DNA of 64,000 bases. Origin: Nitrosopumilus sp. Lineage in GTDB: Archaea > Thermoproteota > Nitrososphaeria > Nitrososphaerales > Nitrosopumilaceae. Below the pieces are notes generated by a model that was not told the origin of the DNA, searched no databases, and saw nothing but the letters and a program-made list of their open reading frames with translations. Positions 29,907-40,690 of the stretch are shown here, piece by piece. Location of the stretch: NCBI GenBank assembly GCA_965205215.1, contig OZ242041.1, forward strand, positions 736,001 to 800,000, read 5' to 3'. The position numbers were made by a program, and so were the translations under genes. Every line of letters starts with the position of its first letter. Within the stretch, counting starts at the first letter, position 1.

Positions 29907-32024
29907 GTGAGTGCTACATCTTCGTTCCTGTCCCCCAAGGCCATTGCCGTCATCGGGGCGTCCGACAAGAAGGGCAGCGTGGGGGCCACCATCACCTCCA
30001 ACATCATGCACGGCTTTAAGGGCAGGGTGTACCCGATCAGCCCCACTAGGGACACCGTGTTTGGCAAGAAGGCGTACAAGTCGGTCCTTGACATGCCCGC
30101 CAGGGCGGACCTGGCAGTCATAGTGATCAAGAACACGCTCGTGGCGCCGGTTCTGGAGGAGTGCGGCAAAAGGGGCATCAAGTCAGTCGTCATAATCACG
30201 GCTGGATTCAAGGAGGTCGACGAGAAGGGCGCCGCCATGGAGAGGCAGCTAAAGGAGATCGCAACCAAGTACGGCATCCACGTGATAGGGCCCAACTGCC
30301 TGGGCGTGATGAACCTCGACCCGAAGACCATGATGAACTCCACGTTCCTCAAGATCACCCCAAAGTCGGGCAAGATCGCGCTCGTATCGCAGTCGGGCGC
30401 CATCTGCGCGGCGCTGGTGGAGGACGCCAGCGCGCAGGGCATCGGATTCTCCGCGGTCGTCAGCCTAGGAAACAAGGCCGCCATGAGCGAGGTCGACGTG
30501 CTCAAGATCCTGGCAAACCACCGGCAGACCAAGGTCATCGTGATGTACCTTGAGGACATGGGCGACGGGCAGGAGTTCCTGCAGGTCTGCCGCGACATTA
30601 CAAAGCGCCTCAAAAAGCCCGTCCTCGTGCTAAAGTCGGGCCGCAGCCCCGAGGGCGCAAAGGCGGCCATGTCCCACACGGGCGCCCTGATGGGCTCCGA
30701 CGAGATATACGAGGCGCTGCTGCAGCAGAGCGGCGCCATCAGGGTGGACACGATGGAGGAGCTGTTCGACTACGCCACCGCGTTCTCAAAGCAGCCGCTC
30801 CCGACCAAGGGCGACCTGGTCATAGTATCAAACGCGGGGGGTCCCGCCATAATATCCACCGACGCCTGCTCAAAGGCCGGCATAAGGATGGCCGACATCT
30901 CCAGCATATCCTCAAAGATAGACGAGGTAATCCCGCCGTGGGGCAGCTCCCGCAACCCCGTCGACATAGTGGGCGACGCGGACTTTGAGCGGTTCCGCAA
31001 CGTGCTTGAACGCGTGCTGAAGCACCGCAACGTCGGCTCCGTCATTACGATGTGCACCCCGTCCGGGACCCTGGACTACGACGGCCTTGCCCGCGTCATA
31101 GTGGAGATGTCAAAAAAGCACAGAAAGACGATGCTTGCCAGCCTGATGGGCCTCGACGAGGGCACCACCAACCGCGATATCATGGCCGCAGGCGACGTCC
31201 CCTACTACACGTACGCGGAGGGCGCCATAAGGGCGCTAAAGGCGATGGTCAGGTTTGCGGGATGGGCGGGCTCGCCTGCCGACAAGCCCAGAAGGTTCGC
31301 GCGCGTCTCTAGGCCCGCCGTGAGGCGCATAATAGACGGGGCCCGCAGCCAGGGCCGCTCGGCCCTGCTGGAGGACGAGGGCAGGGACGTGCTGCAGGCG
31401 TACGGCCTGCCGCTCCCGGAGTCCGTCCTGGCCACCACCGCGAGCCGGGCGGTGTCCGCCGCGTCCAAGATCGGCTACCCGGTCGTAATGAAGATATCCT
31501 CGCCGCAGATCATACACAAGTCCGACGCCGGCGGCGTCATGGTGAACCTGAAGAGCGCCGCGGAGGTCCGCTCGGCGTTTGATGCCATAATGTCCAACGC
31601 CCGCAAGTACGACAAGAATGCGGAGCTGAGGGGCGTCATAGTGGCCGAGATGGTCTCAGGCGGCAAGGAGATGATCATCGGCTCCAAGCTCGAGCCTGGG
31701 TTCGGGCCCGTGATAATGCTGGGACTCGGAGGCATATACGTCGAGGTGCTCGGCGACGTCACGTTCAGGCTCGCCCCCGTGGGGGCCGCCGAGGCCGCCG
31801 CGATGCCGCTCTCCCTCCGCACCTCAAAGCTGCTCGGCGGCGTGCGGGGCGAGAAGCCGTCAGATGTGGCAAAGCTTGCAGAGTGCATACAGCGCCTGTC
31901 CCAGCTGGTCACGGACTTTGCCGACGAGATCGCGGAGCTTGACATGAACCCCGTGCTGGTGCTCGCCAAGGGCAAGGGGTGCCGCGTCCTTGACGTGAGG
32001 ATAGGGCTGACCGCGGCCGGATGA
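29907..32024 (+). CDS. ADP-forming acyl-CoA synthetase, probable 4-hydroxybutyrate-CoA ligase of the 3HP/4HB cycle
   Basis: AVIGAS, GPNCLG, SQSGA, SHTGAL, HKSDAGGV, ELDMNP; directly upstream of the dehydratase as known in Nitrosopumilus; GTG start inferred. Confidence 0.9.
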   Translation: MSATSSFLSPKAIAVIGASDKKGSVGATITSNIMHGFKGRVYPISPTRDTVFGKKAYKSVLDMPARADLAVIVIKNTLVAPVLEECGKRGIKSVVIITAGFKEVDEKGAAMERQLKEIATKYGIHVIGPNCLGVMNLDPKTMMNSTFLKITPKSGKIALVSQSGAICAALVEDASAQGIGFSAVVSLGNKAAMSEVDVLKILANHRQTKVIVMYLEDMGDGQEFLQVCRDITKRLKKPVLVLKSGRSPEGAKAAMSHTGALMGSDEIYEALLQQSGAIRVDTMEELFDYATAFSKQPLPTKGDLVIVSNAGGPAIISTDACSKAGIRMADISSISSKIDEVIPPWGSSRNPVDIVGDADFERFRNVLERVLKHRNVGSVITMCTPSGTLDYDGLARVIVEMSKKHRKTMLASLMGLDEGTTNRDIMAAGDVPYYTYAEGAIRALKAMVRFAGWAGSPADKPRRFARVSRPAVRRIIDGARSQGRSALLEDEGRDVLQAYGLPLPESVLATTASRAVSAASKIGYPVVMKISSPQIIHKSDAGGVMVNLKSAAEVRSAFDAIMSNARKYDKNAELRGVIVAEMVSGGKEMIIGSKLEPGFGPVIMLGLGGIYVEVLGDVTFRLAPVGAAEAAAMPLSLRTSKLLGGVRGEKPSDVAKLAECIQRLSQLVTDFADEIAELDMNPVLVLAKGKGCRVLDVRIGLTAAG

Positions 32025-32091
32025 TGCAGCACGCCCGCAGGCCGCTTACATCGTTATAGAATATTTATACGGCAACGTTCCAAATCCGTGT

Positions 32092-33627
32092 ATGGCGGCC
32101 AACGTCCTCAAGACGATCAGGACGGGCGACGAGTACATCGAGAGCCTGCGGAACCGCGATCTCAAGGTGTACCTGTTCGGCGAGCTTGTAAAGGAGCCCG
32201 TGGACCACCCGATGATAAGGCCCTCTATCAACGCCGTAGCCGAGACGTACGATCTCGCGGTGCGCGAGGAGGAGCTGGCGTCGGCCGAGTCCGGCATCAC
32301 GGGGCTGCGCGTCAACCGCTTCCTGCACATTGCAGAGTCGGCCGAGGATCTCGTGCTGCAGAACAAGATGCAGCGCAAGCTGGGCCAGAACACGGGGACC
32401 TGCTTTCAGAGGTGCGTCGGGATGGACGCGCTCAACTCACTCCACTCCACCACGTTTGAGATAGACGAGAAGCACGGCACCGACTACCACAAGCGCTTCT
32501 TGGAGTTCGTAAAGATGGTCCAGCGCGAGAACCTGGTGATAGGCGGCGCCATGACCGACCCCAAGGGCGACCGCAGCAAGGGGCCGTCGGAGCAGGCGGA
32601 CCCCGACCTGTTCACTAGGATAGTCGACCGCGACGAGCGCGGCGTGTACGTGTCGGGAGCAAAGGCGCACCAGACGGGGTGCATCAACTCGCACTGGATA
32701 ATACTGATGCCCACGGTCAGGCTCACGGAGACTGACAAGGACTGGGCCATCGTGGGCGCCGTCCCGGCCGACGCCGAGGGCATCACTTACATTTACGGCA
32801 GGCAGTCCTGCGACACGCGCAGCATGGAGGGCGGCGAGGGAATCGACGCGGGAAACGCAAAGTTCGGGGGCCAGGAGGCCCTGATGGTGCTTGACAGGGT
32901 GTTCATCCCGTGGGAGCGCGTCTTCATGCACGGCGAGCACGAGTTTGCCTCTATGCTGGTGGAGCGCTTTACGTGCTACCACAGGCGCAGCTACGTCTGC
33001 AAGACGGGGCTTGGCGACGTGCTGATAGGCGCCGCGGCCTCTATGGCCGAGTACAACGGCGTCCCCAAGGTGTCCCACATCCGGGACAAGCTTGTGGAGA
33101 TGACGCACCTCAACGAGACCATATTCGCGGCCGGCATAGCGTCGTCGCACCAGGGGCACCGCATGAAGTCCGGCGTGTACCTCAACGAGGACATGCTCGC
33201 CCAGGTCTGCAAGCACAACGTCACCAGGTTCCCGTACGAGATAGGGAGGCTTGCGCAGGACATAGCGGGGGGGCTGGTAGTTACGTTGCCGTCCGAGCGC
33301 GACCTGCGCCACCCGGAGATCGGCCCCATACTTGAAAAGTATCTGGTCGGCCGCCAGGACATCCCCGTCGAGGAGCGGGTGAGGATGCTGCGCCTCATAG
33401 AGAACATGACCCTCGGGCGCAACGCTGTCGGGTACCTTACAGAGTCGATGCACGGGGCCGGCTCGCCGCAGGCCCAGCGCATACAGATACAGCGCCAGAT
33501 GCAGCTGGAATACAAAAAGGACCTTGCAAGGAACCTGGCCGGCATACGCACCAAGGACGACGCAGAGACAAAGGAGCAGTCCGAGTACTTTAAGCGCATA
33601 TTCAAGACCGACGACTCGATAATCTGA
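32092..33627 (+). CDS. hcd: 4-hydroxybutyryl-CoA dehydratase
   Basis: CFQRCVGMDA, MTDPKGDRS, GAKAHQTG, YHRRSYVCK, ESMHGAGSPQAQR. Confidence 0.96.
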   Translation: MAANVLKTIRTGDEYIESLRNRDLKVYLFGELVKEPVDHPMIRPSINAVAETYDLAVREEELASAESGITGLRVNRFLHIAESAEDLVLQNKMQRKLGQNTGTCFQRCVGMDALNSLHSTTFEIDEKHGTDYHKRFLEFVKMVQRENLVIGGAMTDPKGDRSKGPSEQADPDLFTRIVDRDERGVYVSGAKAHQTGCINSHWIILMPTVRLTETDKDWAIVGAVPADAEGITYIYGRQSCDTRSMEGGEGIDAGNAKFGGQEALMVLDRVFIPWERVFMHGEHEFASMLVERFTCYHRRSYVCKTGLGDVLIGAAASMAEYNGVPKVSHIRDKLVEMTHLNETIFAAGIASSHQGHRMKSGVYLNEDMLAQVCKHNVTRFPYEIGRLAQDIAGGLVVTLPSERDLRHPEIGPILEKYLVGRQDIPVEERVRMLRLIENMTLGRNAVGYLTESMHGAGSPQAQRIQIQRQMQLEYKKDLARNLAGIRTKDDAETKEQSEYFKRIFKTDDSII

Positions 33628-33680
33628 GCCCGCCTGGAGCAGGGTACGGACAGCTACAACTGCCAGTCATTTGCGCGCCG

Positions 33681-34493
33681 TTATGGCGCGGCGGCATCGT
33701 CGCCGTCCTTGTCCCGTCCGGGCCTGCCGTCCGGACTTTTGGACTCTTCGCCGCCTTTCTCCTGCGGCCCGTCCTCCACGTATTCCGGGTCGCCGCCATA
33801 TCCGGATGCAGCCGGCCCGTCCGCACCATCTTGGCCTGCATCCGGGACTGCGCCATCGCGCCCCGGAGCATCGGCCTGCAGCCCGTCGGCATCTCTCTTG
33901 TCCGTGTCTGTATCGTCGCCGACGACATCGTCACCAGTTCCGTCTTCGCCGTCCCGGGCCGCGCCAGAAAAGACGGCCTTGCCGTCGTCCTTCTTTCTTG
34001 CCAGGAGCTGCTTTGATATCATCACCCCTATGATGACTGCTATTATGATATAGTTGACAGGTGGCTTTAGCGCCTGCGTTACGTATCCTATCTGGGGTAT
34101 CACGTGCTCGACCTTGCCGATATACTCTTTCTCCGTAATGGGAAAGTCCGTCCCCGGTATGGAGGCCCTGTTGGCGTCGCCCTTTGTGCGCAGAGTTCTG
34201 GGATCGTCGTCTATCACGTTTGCAACCCTGTGGACTATGACCCTGTTGTGGTCAGACGGCCTGTCGAACACGATGACGTCGCCTATTCCCAGCTCGTCAA
34301 ATGGATGGTTTCCCTGCACTATGAGCACGTCGTATATCTCAAGCTCGGGCACCATGCTTCCGCTTGCCACCACGTAAAACGGGTTTGGCATGCCGAATAC
34401 GGCGTACAGCCCCGCCCACACTATGATTATTCCCGCTATGACTATGCCGGCATCTCGCAGGATGCCCCTCGGTATTGAACTTGATGCTGACAA
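33681..34493 (-). CDS. sec11: Signal peptidase I (archaeal Sec11 type) with acidic tail
   Basis: VASGSMVP, IVHRV, TKGDAN. Confidence 0.92.
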   Translation of the reverse strand: MSASSSIPRGILRDAGIVIAGIIIVWAGLYAVFGMPNPFYVVASGSMVPELEIYDVLIVQGNHPFDELGIGDVIVFDRPSDHNRVIVHRVANVIDDDPRTLRTKGDANRASIPGTDFPITEKEYIGKVEHVIPQIGYVTQALKPPVNYIIIAVIIGVMISKQLLARKKDDGKAVFSGAARDGEDGTGDDVVGDDTDTDKRDADGLQADAPGRDGAVPDAGQDGADGPAASGYGGDPEYVEDGPQEKGGEESKSPDGRPGRDKDGDDAAAP

Positions 34494-34533
34494 CTGACTG
34501 ATCGTTTTTCGCCGGGGCTGCCAATATCAACCA

Positions 34534-35436
34534 TTACAATTTGGCGCCGCATTCTTCGCAGAACCTAGAGCCTTCCCTGTTCTCAAATCCGCAGCTGCCG
34601 CATCTGCCGCTGTTTCCGCCGTCGGCCGTCTCCGCTGTTGCCACCACGGATGCGTCTGCCGGGCCACCGCTTCCAAGCAGTACTATCTCCCCTACCTTTC
34701 TGACGCGGCTCCACGGTATTGCCTCCTCGCCCCCGCCGTCCTTTGCTATCACTAGCACCATTGCATTTGCAGAGTCTATGCCAATTCGGTTTACAATCCC
34801 GATCTTTATCGCATTCTCATCGTATACCGCCCTTCCGTTGATGTCGCTGACCCCGGACGCATCAGATGGCGCGTCGGCCGGTTGCGATTGCTGCTGTGTT
34901 TGTGGCGGCTGTTCTGCCACCTCTGGCTGCGGCGGCGACGGCTGTTGCGGCGCGGTGGTGGCAGTAGTAGGCGGCACAGATGGCGTTGGCACAGATGGTG
35001 ATGGCGCTGGCGGCGGCGCAGGTGGTGTCTCGACTGCCACCGTCGGCGTCGGAGCTACGCTTGGCTGCTGCTCTTGGCCCTGCAGCTGCTCCGCAGCCAG
35101 GCCCGCCGCCTGCTCGTCTTCCTTTCTGAACTCCCTGTACTCTGCGATTGTGCTGTTGCACACCTTGCAAAAGTACCTGCCCTTCTCAACCAGTGTCAGG
35201 CCCTGGGCGACCTCCTCGTTGGGGTTCTCGTAATGTATCTCCGGGGATCCCTCGTACTCCTTGTCGCACATGTTGCACATGTGCTTTGACATCCTGTCCG
35301 TGTCCATCCTGCAGAGGGGCGCCAGAAACAGGTCGGGGCCTCCTATGCTTGCCTTTGTCTGCTGTTCGTCAGTCAGGGCCGCTACCACGTAGCCGCCGGA
35401 TCCTCTGAGCTTTTTGACCCTGAGTTCCGAACTCAT
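34534..35436 (-). CDS. Zinc-ribbon / PRC-barrel domain protein
   Basis: CxxC pairs at both ends, Pro-rich linker, PRC-like IPWSRVRKVGEIVLL. Confidence 0.8.
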   Translation of the reverse strand: MSSELRVKKLRGSGGYVVAALTDEQQTKASIGGPDLFLAPLCRMDTDRMSKHMCNMCDKEYEGSPEIHYENPNEEVAQGLTLVEKGRYFCKVCNSTIAEYREFRKEDEQAAGLAAEQLQGQEQQPSVAPTPTVAVETPPAPPPAPSPSVPTPSVPPTTATTAPQQPSPPQPEVAEQPPQTQQQSQPADAPSDASGVSDINGRAVYDENAIKIGIVNRIGIDSANAMVLVIAKDGGGEEAIPWSRVRKVGEIVLLGSGGPADASVVATAETADGGNSGRCGSCGFENREGSRFCEECGAKL

Positions 35437-35575
35437 GATCTGCCATCATAAAGTAGGGATTTAAGCATATGCGGCACTCTTGTGATCATCTTCCTTCTCG
35501 GGCGCGGGCGCCCCCTCCCCGGCCCTGCAGTCCGGGCTGTCAAGGTTTTTAGGTAGTAATGCTGTGAGGGGTTGC

Positions 35576-35902
35576 ATGGGCACCATACCAATCAAGGATG
35601 CGCAGACTTGGGAGTCGGAGGTAATCAACTCTGAGATTCCCGTATTCGTGGACTTTTGGGCAGAATGGTGCGGCCCGTGCCGCATGGTCGGCCCCGTGGT
35701 AGAGGAGCTGGCAGGCGACTATGACGGAAAGGTCAAGTTCGTCAAGGTCAACATAGACGAGGCCAGCGAGCTGGCCTCCAAGTACCAGGTGTACAGCATC
35801 CCCACCCTGTTCCTCTTCAACAAGGGCGAGGTGGTGAAGCAGCAGATCGGAGCCGCATCCAAGGAATCCTATCAGGGCATGATAGACGGAGTTCTTGCGT
35901 GA
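35576..35902 (+). CDS. trxA: Thioredoxin
   Basis: VDFWAEWCGPC, SIPTL. Confidence 0.96.
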   Translation: MGTIPIKDAQTWESEVINSEIPVFVDFWAEWCGPCRMVGPVVEELAGDYDGKVKFVKVNIDEASELASKYQVYSIPTLFLFNKGEVVKQQIGAASKESYQGMIDGVLA

Positions 35903-35948
35903 CGCGCGCAGCCGATCCTAAAGTAATTAATACAGTCCGCGCCGGAGC

Positions 35949-36524
35949 ATGGCCATGTCGTTTGGCGAAGTGGATACGCTCAACATGCTGTTTGAAAAGC
36001 TCAGCAGCCTCTTTGACGAGTCCCAGGGGTATTACGAGTCGTTTCTTGACACCAACAACATGTACAAACAGGGCCAGATCAGCGACAAGGAGTTCTTTCA
36101 GAGGCTCGGGGACTACGTGGTCGCGTACTCTGCACTGGAATTTCTTGCAATAAAGGTGCTGTTTGAGATTAAAAAATCGGTGGCCACCGGGTCGGGGGCC
36201 ACGCAGTCGCCGGGGCTGATGCCCGGCATGGGGAGCCCCGGCATGATGCCCGGAGCGGGAGGCCCCGGGATGATGCCCCCGAGAAGCGGGACGGCCCAGA
36301 ATCCTGTGGGAGGCCCCCCCGGAATCGTCTCTGCAAACGAGGCGTTTGGAAACGTGGGCACGCTGCCGTCGCCGGACCCCTCGCTCGTGCACCGGCAGCA
36401 GGCCGGCACCGCGCAGCCTGGTGCGGGCGCCGCTACTCCTCCTCCTTCTGGCGCATGCGCCTCGTGCGGGGCCGCGCTGCGGCCCAACGCAAAGTTCTGC
36501 ACCGCGTGCGGGACGAGGCTGTGA
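35949..36524 (+). CDS. Zinc-ribbon domain protein
   Basis: C-terminal CASCG...KFCTACG; Pro/Gly/Met-rich linker. Confidence 0.82.
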   Translation: MAMSFGEVDTLNMLFEKLSSLFDESQGYYESFLDTNNMYKQGQISDKEFFQRLGDYVVAYSALEFLAIKVLFEIKKSVATGSGATQSPGLMPGMGSPGMMPGAGGPGMMPPRSGTAQNPVGGPPGIVSANEAFGNVGTLPSPDPSLVHRQQAGTAQPGAGAATPPPSGACASCGAALRPNAKFCTACGTRL

Positions 36525-36583
36525 TCGCAGCCGCCCCTGGCCGGCGGCGCGCGGGGTTGGTTATTGAAATTTTACAACAAAAC

Positions 36584-36958
36584 TTACTGCGTGGTGCCGC
36601 AGTCCGGGCAGAACTTTGCAGTCTGTGATATGCTGCCGCCGCACTCAAAGCAGAACCTGCCCCTGGCGTCTTCCTTTGGCGCCTCCTCCCTGCCGTAGGT
36701 GTTGCCGTACGTGGCGCTGCTCAGGACCGCCCCGGACGGCTCGTACTTGTCGTCGTCTATCATGACGGGGGCATAGTCCTGCTCCGTTATGAAAGTCAGC
36801 ATCCTTGGCACGCCGTCGGGCTTCTGCCCCTTCGGGTCCGGCACGGTGTCCCCCAGCCAGAAGGCGAACCTCGTGAGCGTGAGCTCGGGGGTGGAAAAGG
36901 CCAGCGTGTGCTTTGACATGTACTCCTGCGCCGCCTTCTTGCCGTCAAAGACCTCCAT
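36584..36958 (-). CDS. Zinc-ribbon domain protein
   Basis: C-terminal CFECG...KFCPDCG; start reassigned to ATG 36958. Confidence 0.8.
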   Translation of the reverse strand: MEVFDGKKAAQEYMSKHTLAFSTPELTLTRFAFWLGDTVPDPKGQKPDGVPRMLTFITEQDYAPVMIDDDKYEPSGAVLSSATYGNTYGREEAPKEDARGRFCFECGGSISQTAKFCPDCGTTQ

Positions 36959-37102
36959 GCGCGTCACATCCGGCGCGTGCGTATAAGAGTTTTCAAGCGG
37001 TGCGCGCAGTATCTGCCGCCTCGCGGGGCACGCGCAGCGGTCCCCGAGGGGGCGCGGACCCACCGGCCGCGGGCCCGTACCGTAACATCATGATGATGGT
37101 GG

Positions 37103-37174
37103 TGGACCGGGGGGGATTTGAACCCCCGACCTCCTCGTTGCGAACGAGGCATCATACCCCTAAACCACCGGCCC
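37103..37174 (-). tRNA. tRNA-Ala(CGC)
   Basis: Reverse strand GGGCCGG...CCTCG-TTCGCAA-CGAGG...GGTTCAAATCC...CCGGTCCA, followed by CCA. Confidence 0.95.
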
Positions 37175-37267
37175 TCTGGCATGCTCCGCACAGTCCGCTT
37201 TTATTCATTTTCAACCGCCTCCTGCGTACGCCTCAAGGCATAATAGCGCAGCAGGGCCACGCCAGGC

Positions 37268-38674
37268 ATGGCCACGCACGACACAGTCATCGCCGGATCG
37301 CACGTCGTGCTTCCGGACACCGGGGAACTCTCGGATGCAAACATCGTGATTGACGATGGTATCATATCCGACATTACCACGGACCTGCCGCCGGCCGACG
37401 TCCGCATAGACGGCAGGGGCCTCGTGTCCGTCCCTGGGCCGATAGACCCGCACGTCCACTACGGGGTGTACTCGCCCATCGACAAGGCCGCCCGGACCGA
37501 GTCGCGCGCGGCCGCCATCGGCGGCATAACCACCATGATGCGCATGCTCCGGCTTCCCGGCCCCTTTGACGAGTCGCTGCCCGAGCAGCTCGATGCGATG
37601 TCGGCAAACCACCACGTGGACTATTCCATACACGCGTCGGTCTTTACGCCCGAGCAGGTGCGCACCATGGAGTTCTGCTCTGAGAAGTGCGACGTGAGGT
37701 CGTTTAAGATATACATGAACCTCGGGGGCGAGGTGGGACACGTATACATGGACATGCCGCCCGGCTCCAAGGAGCTGGCGCCCTCAAGCGTCCACGTGGA
37801 TGACCGCATGGTGCGGGAGACGGTAAGGGAGGCCGCGCGGCTCGGCTGCCCCGTGCTCGTGCACGCCGAGGACTATGAGATGTGCGGCTGCGGGATCAAG
37901 ACGGCGCGGCAAAAGGGGCTCGACGGGCTCTCCGCCTGGTCCGAGAGCCGCCCGCCGACGTCGGAGGCAAAGGCGATCAAGACCGTGTCGGGGTTCGGCC
38001 GCGAGTACGGCTGCACCATATACTTTGTCCACGTGGGCTCGGCCGAGGCCCTCGGGCAGATCAGGGCCGAGCGTGCGCTTGGCACCCGCATATACGTGGA
38101 GACCTGCCCCCACTATCTCACGCTGTCGCACGAGGGGAGGGGCGACTACCTTGCAAAGGTGATGCCGCCGATCCGGACGGGCCACGACAGGGACTCCGTG
38201 TGGCAGTCCATATCCGACGGCTCCATTGATACCATAGGGACGGACCACGTGGCAAACCAGCTGTCGCTAAAGCTCGGGGGCGAGGACGTCTGGGGCGCGC
38301 TGGCGGGGTTTCCGGGAGTCGGGACGTCGGTGCCGATAATGCTGCACGAGGGCGTCAACTCGGGCCGCATCACGATCGGCGAGTTTGCCCGCCTGACCAG
38401 CCAGAACACCGCCAGCATATTCGGGCTGCGCGGCAAGGGCCGGATTGCAGTCGGGTGCGATGCCGACATTGCGATGCTGGACCTCAAGCGCGAGAAGAGG
38501 GTCACGTCGGAGATGTTCGGGGGCTTTTCGGACTATTCCGTATACGAGGGCATGACGCTTCGGGGGTGGCCCGTCAGGACGATCGTGCGCGGACAGGTCG
38601 TATCCGACGAGTTCGAGATGGTCGGCAGGCCCGGGTATGGCAGGATGGCAGGGCGCCCCGGCCCGTCGGACTGA
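37268..38674 (+). CDS. Cyclic amidohydrolase (dihydroorotase/allantoinase/dihydropyrimidinase family)
   Basis: IDPHVH, GGITT, SFKIYM, VHAED, ETCPHYL, GTDH. Confidence 0.9.
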   Translation: MATHDTVIAGSHVVLPDTGELSDANIVIDDGIISDITTDLPPADVRIDGRGLVSVPGPIDPHVHYGVYSPIDKAARTESRAAAIGGITTMMRMLRLPGPFDESLPEQLDAMSANHHVDYSIHASVFTPEQVRTMEFCSEKCDVRSFKIYMNLGGEVGHVYMDMPPGSKELAPSSVHVDDRMVRETVREAARLGCPVLVHAEDYEMCGCGIKTARQKGLDGLSAWSESRPPTSEAKAIKTVSGFGREYGCTIYFVHVGSAEALGQIRAERALGTRIYVETCPHYLTLSHEGRGDYLAKVMPPIRTGHDRDSVWQSISDGSIDTIGTDHVANQLSLKLGGEDVWGALAGFPGVGTSVPIMLHEGVNSGRITIGEFARLTSQNTASIFGLRGKGRIAVGCDADIAMLDLKREKRVTSEMFGGFSDYSVYEGMTLRGWPVRTIVRGQVVSDEFEMVGRPGYGRMAGRPGPSD

Positions 38675-38729
38675 CGGCCTCTTCCCCGCGTGGAGATGTA
38701 CCTGCCGCGCGCGCCGCGCGACTGCCGCG

Positions 38730-39509
38730 TCATGCCTTGAGGTCCGGGTCCCTTTCGCCGTACGCGTCGGCGCGTCCGGACCTTGCGCGGATCTCCCTGA
38801 ACTTGCCGCGCCTGCCCGCCTTGTATATGACGTCGGGCCTCCTTGCAAAGATTCCGGACTCTGCGACCCCGGGTATGCGCCTTATGGCGCCAGTCAGCCT
38901 GCCGGGATCCCGTATGGTCCCAAAGCCGCAGTCCAGAATGATATTTCCGTTCTCGGTGAATACGGGATACCCAGAGTCCTGCACGCGCAGGACGGGCTCC
39001 CCTCCCATCTCCGCTATCCTTCTCTGGACCAGACGGCGGGCGAGCCTGTGCGCCTCCACCGGGACGGTCCTGGATATGTTCCTGACGAACTTTGTGGCAT
39101 CCGCCATTACTACCACCCTCTGCGCCATGTTGAACAGTATGTTCTCGCGCAGGAGGGCGCCCCCGCCCCCCTTTACCACGTATCCGCTGGCGTCTATCTG
39201 GTCCGCGCCGTCGTATACTATGTCGACCATGTCCGTCTGGTCCGCGCCTATGAGGGGTATCGCGTCACCCACCTCCTCCTCGATTACGAGCTTGATCTGA
39301 AGCGAGGTCGGGACGCCGATTACCCTGAGGCCTCTGTCCCTGACCAGCCCTGCAATCTCCCTTGCGACTGCCGTCGCGGCGCGGCCGCTGCCAAAGCCCA
39401 CCCTCGTGACGTCGTTTCTTGAGGCGGCGGTGCGCGTGACGTACTTTGTCGCATCCCTTGCCGCCGCCCTTACGGCGGCGCCGTATGCGGCCGACGACCT
39501 TGGCGCCAT
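38730..39509 (-). CDS. rpiA: Ribose-5-phosphate isomerase A
   Basis: GFGSG, PTS, DGADQID, KGGGGALLRE, TENGNIILD. Confidence 0.95.
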   Translation of the reverse strand: MAPRSSAAYGAAVRAAARDATKYVTRTAASRNDVTRVGFGSGRAATAVAREIAGLVRDRGLRVIGVPTSLQIKLVIEEEVGDAIPLIGADQTDMVDIVYDGADQIDASGYVVKGGGGALLRENILFNMAQRVVVMADATKFVRNISRTVPVEAHRLARRLVQRRIAEMGGEPVLRVQDSGYPVFTENGNIILDCGFGTIRDPGRLTGAIRRIPGVAESGIFARRPDVIYKAGRRGKFREIRARSGRADAYGERDPDLKA

Positions 39510-39510
39510 C

Positions 39511-40689
39511 TTATTCGGACTCCGCCCTGTCAAGCTTTTCCAGGGTCTTCTTGATGTCGCTTATGGCCTCCTCGAGCTCCTTGTCATCTTCTTCCTCTTC
39601 CTTTCCGTCATCCGCGCCGCCCTGAATGCCGCCGTCGTCACCGGTGAGCCTTGCCGCCTCGCCCTCGTCTTGTTTTGGCGGCGTGACCTTGCCGCCTGCA
39701 ATCGCCGCCGCCGCTGGGGAGGGCAGCGTGGCGGGCCCGGGCTTGTCTGCCGCGGCATCTTTCGTGCCCGCGGTGTCGGGTATGGTTTTGGGCACTATCG
39801 CAGTTGCGACGTCGGGTACGATCAGCGATGACACGTCTGGCATCTTTTTCTCCTCCTCCTCTTTCTCTACTGCCGCGGATTCCTTTTCTGGCGCATCCTC
39901 TTTCTGTACGGCAGCGGGCTTTTCTACCGGGAGCTGCTCCTGCAGGCTCTGCCTCGGCTGCTGAATAATCTGCTCCTGCCTTTGCGTCACCGGCGCTTCT
40001 GTTGCGGCCTGCTGTTCTGCTACCGCCGCCGCAGGTACCTTCTTTTCGTCCGTCTTTATCCTGAACTCTGGTTTTTTCGCGGCAGGGATGCTCGTAAGCG
40101 TGGTAATCTCAAACGGCCTGACGCGCTTCTGCCCTGGGATCGGCATGTCTGGCACAACCTTGGTGTCTGCCGCCGCCACAGTTGGCGCCACCGTCGTTGG
40201 CGCCGCCGCCGCCGCCACGCCCCCTGCGCCTCCCGTACCCTGCGCCCCCGCCTTCCCGGGCGCTATCACCTTTTGCTGCACCGCCTTGATGTCGGCCACG
40301 GCCGACGATATGTCGTAGATCTTTGCGTCCAGGCCCGACAGCTTTTGATCCATCAGCGTGATCAGCCCGTCCCCGACGGGGCCCAGGTCCGGATGCCTCT
40401 TCGCGTCCTCCATCTTTTCAAGCCTTGCCATCACCATCCCCATCTGGCGCTGGTACCTGGCAAGCAGCCCCTCCTTCTGCTCCCTGGGCATCTCCCACTC
40501 TGCCTGGTACAGCCTAGTGATTGTCTTTGCAAGCACCTCCTTCTCCATTTTCAGGGCCTTTATCTGGCTCTGGATCTGGGAGCTTGCGCCCAGCGTGAGG
40601 ATCTGGCCGCTGCTGCCCGTCCTCGCCCGCACTGCCGCCGCTGTGGCAATTCCTGCTAGCGAGCTTAGAAGAAGGGCAATCTCCTGCAT
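39511..40689 (-). CDS. Hypothetical protein (N-terminal anchor, coiled coil, low-complexity middle)
   Basis: Tightly packed in the lsm-rpl37e-X-rpiA run. Confidence 0.75.
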   Translation of the reverse strand: MQEIALLLSSLAGIATAAAVRARTGSSGQILTLGASSQIQSQIKALKMEKEVLAKTITRLYQAEWEMPREQKEGLLARYQRQMGMVMARLEKMEDAKRHPDLGPVGDGLITLMDQKLSGLDAKIYDISSAVADIKAVQQKVIAPGKAGAQGTGGAGGVAAAAAPTTVAPTVAAADTKVVPDMPIPGQKRVRPFEITTLTSIPAAKKPEFRIKTDEKKVPAAAVAEQQAATEAPVTQRQEQIIQQPRQSLQEQLPVEKPAAVQKEDAPEKESAAVEKEEEEKKMPDVSSLIVPDVATAIVPKTIPDTAGTKDAAADKPGPATLPSPAAAAIAGGKVTPPKQDEGEAARLTGDDGGIQGGADDGKEEEEDDKELEEAISDIKKTLEKLDRAESE

Positions 40690-40690
40690 T

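Noticed and set aside
29907-33627. 3HP/4HB carbon-fixation gene pair as a novelty
   Set aside because: Well-known conserved thaumarchaeal pair; useful only as a taxonomic marker
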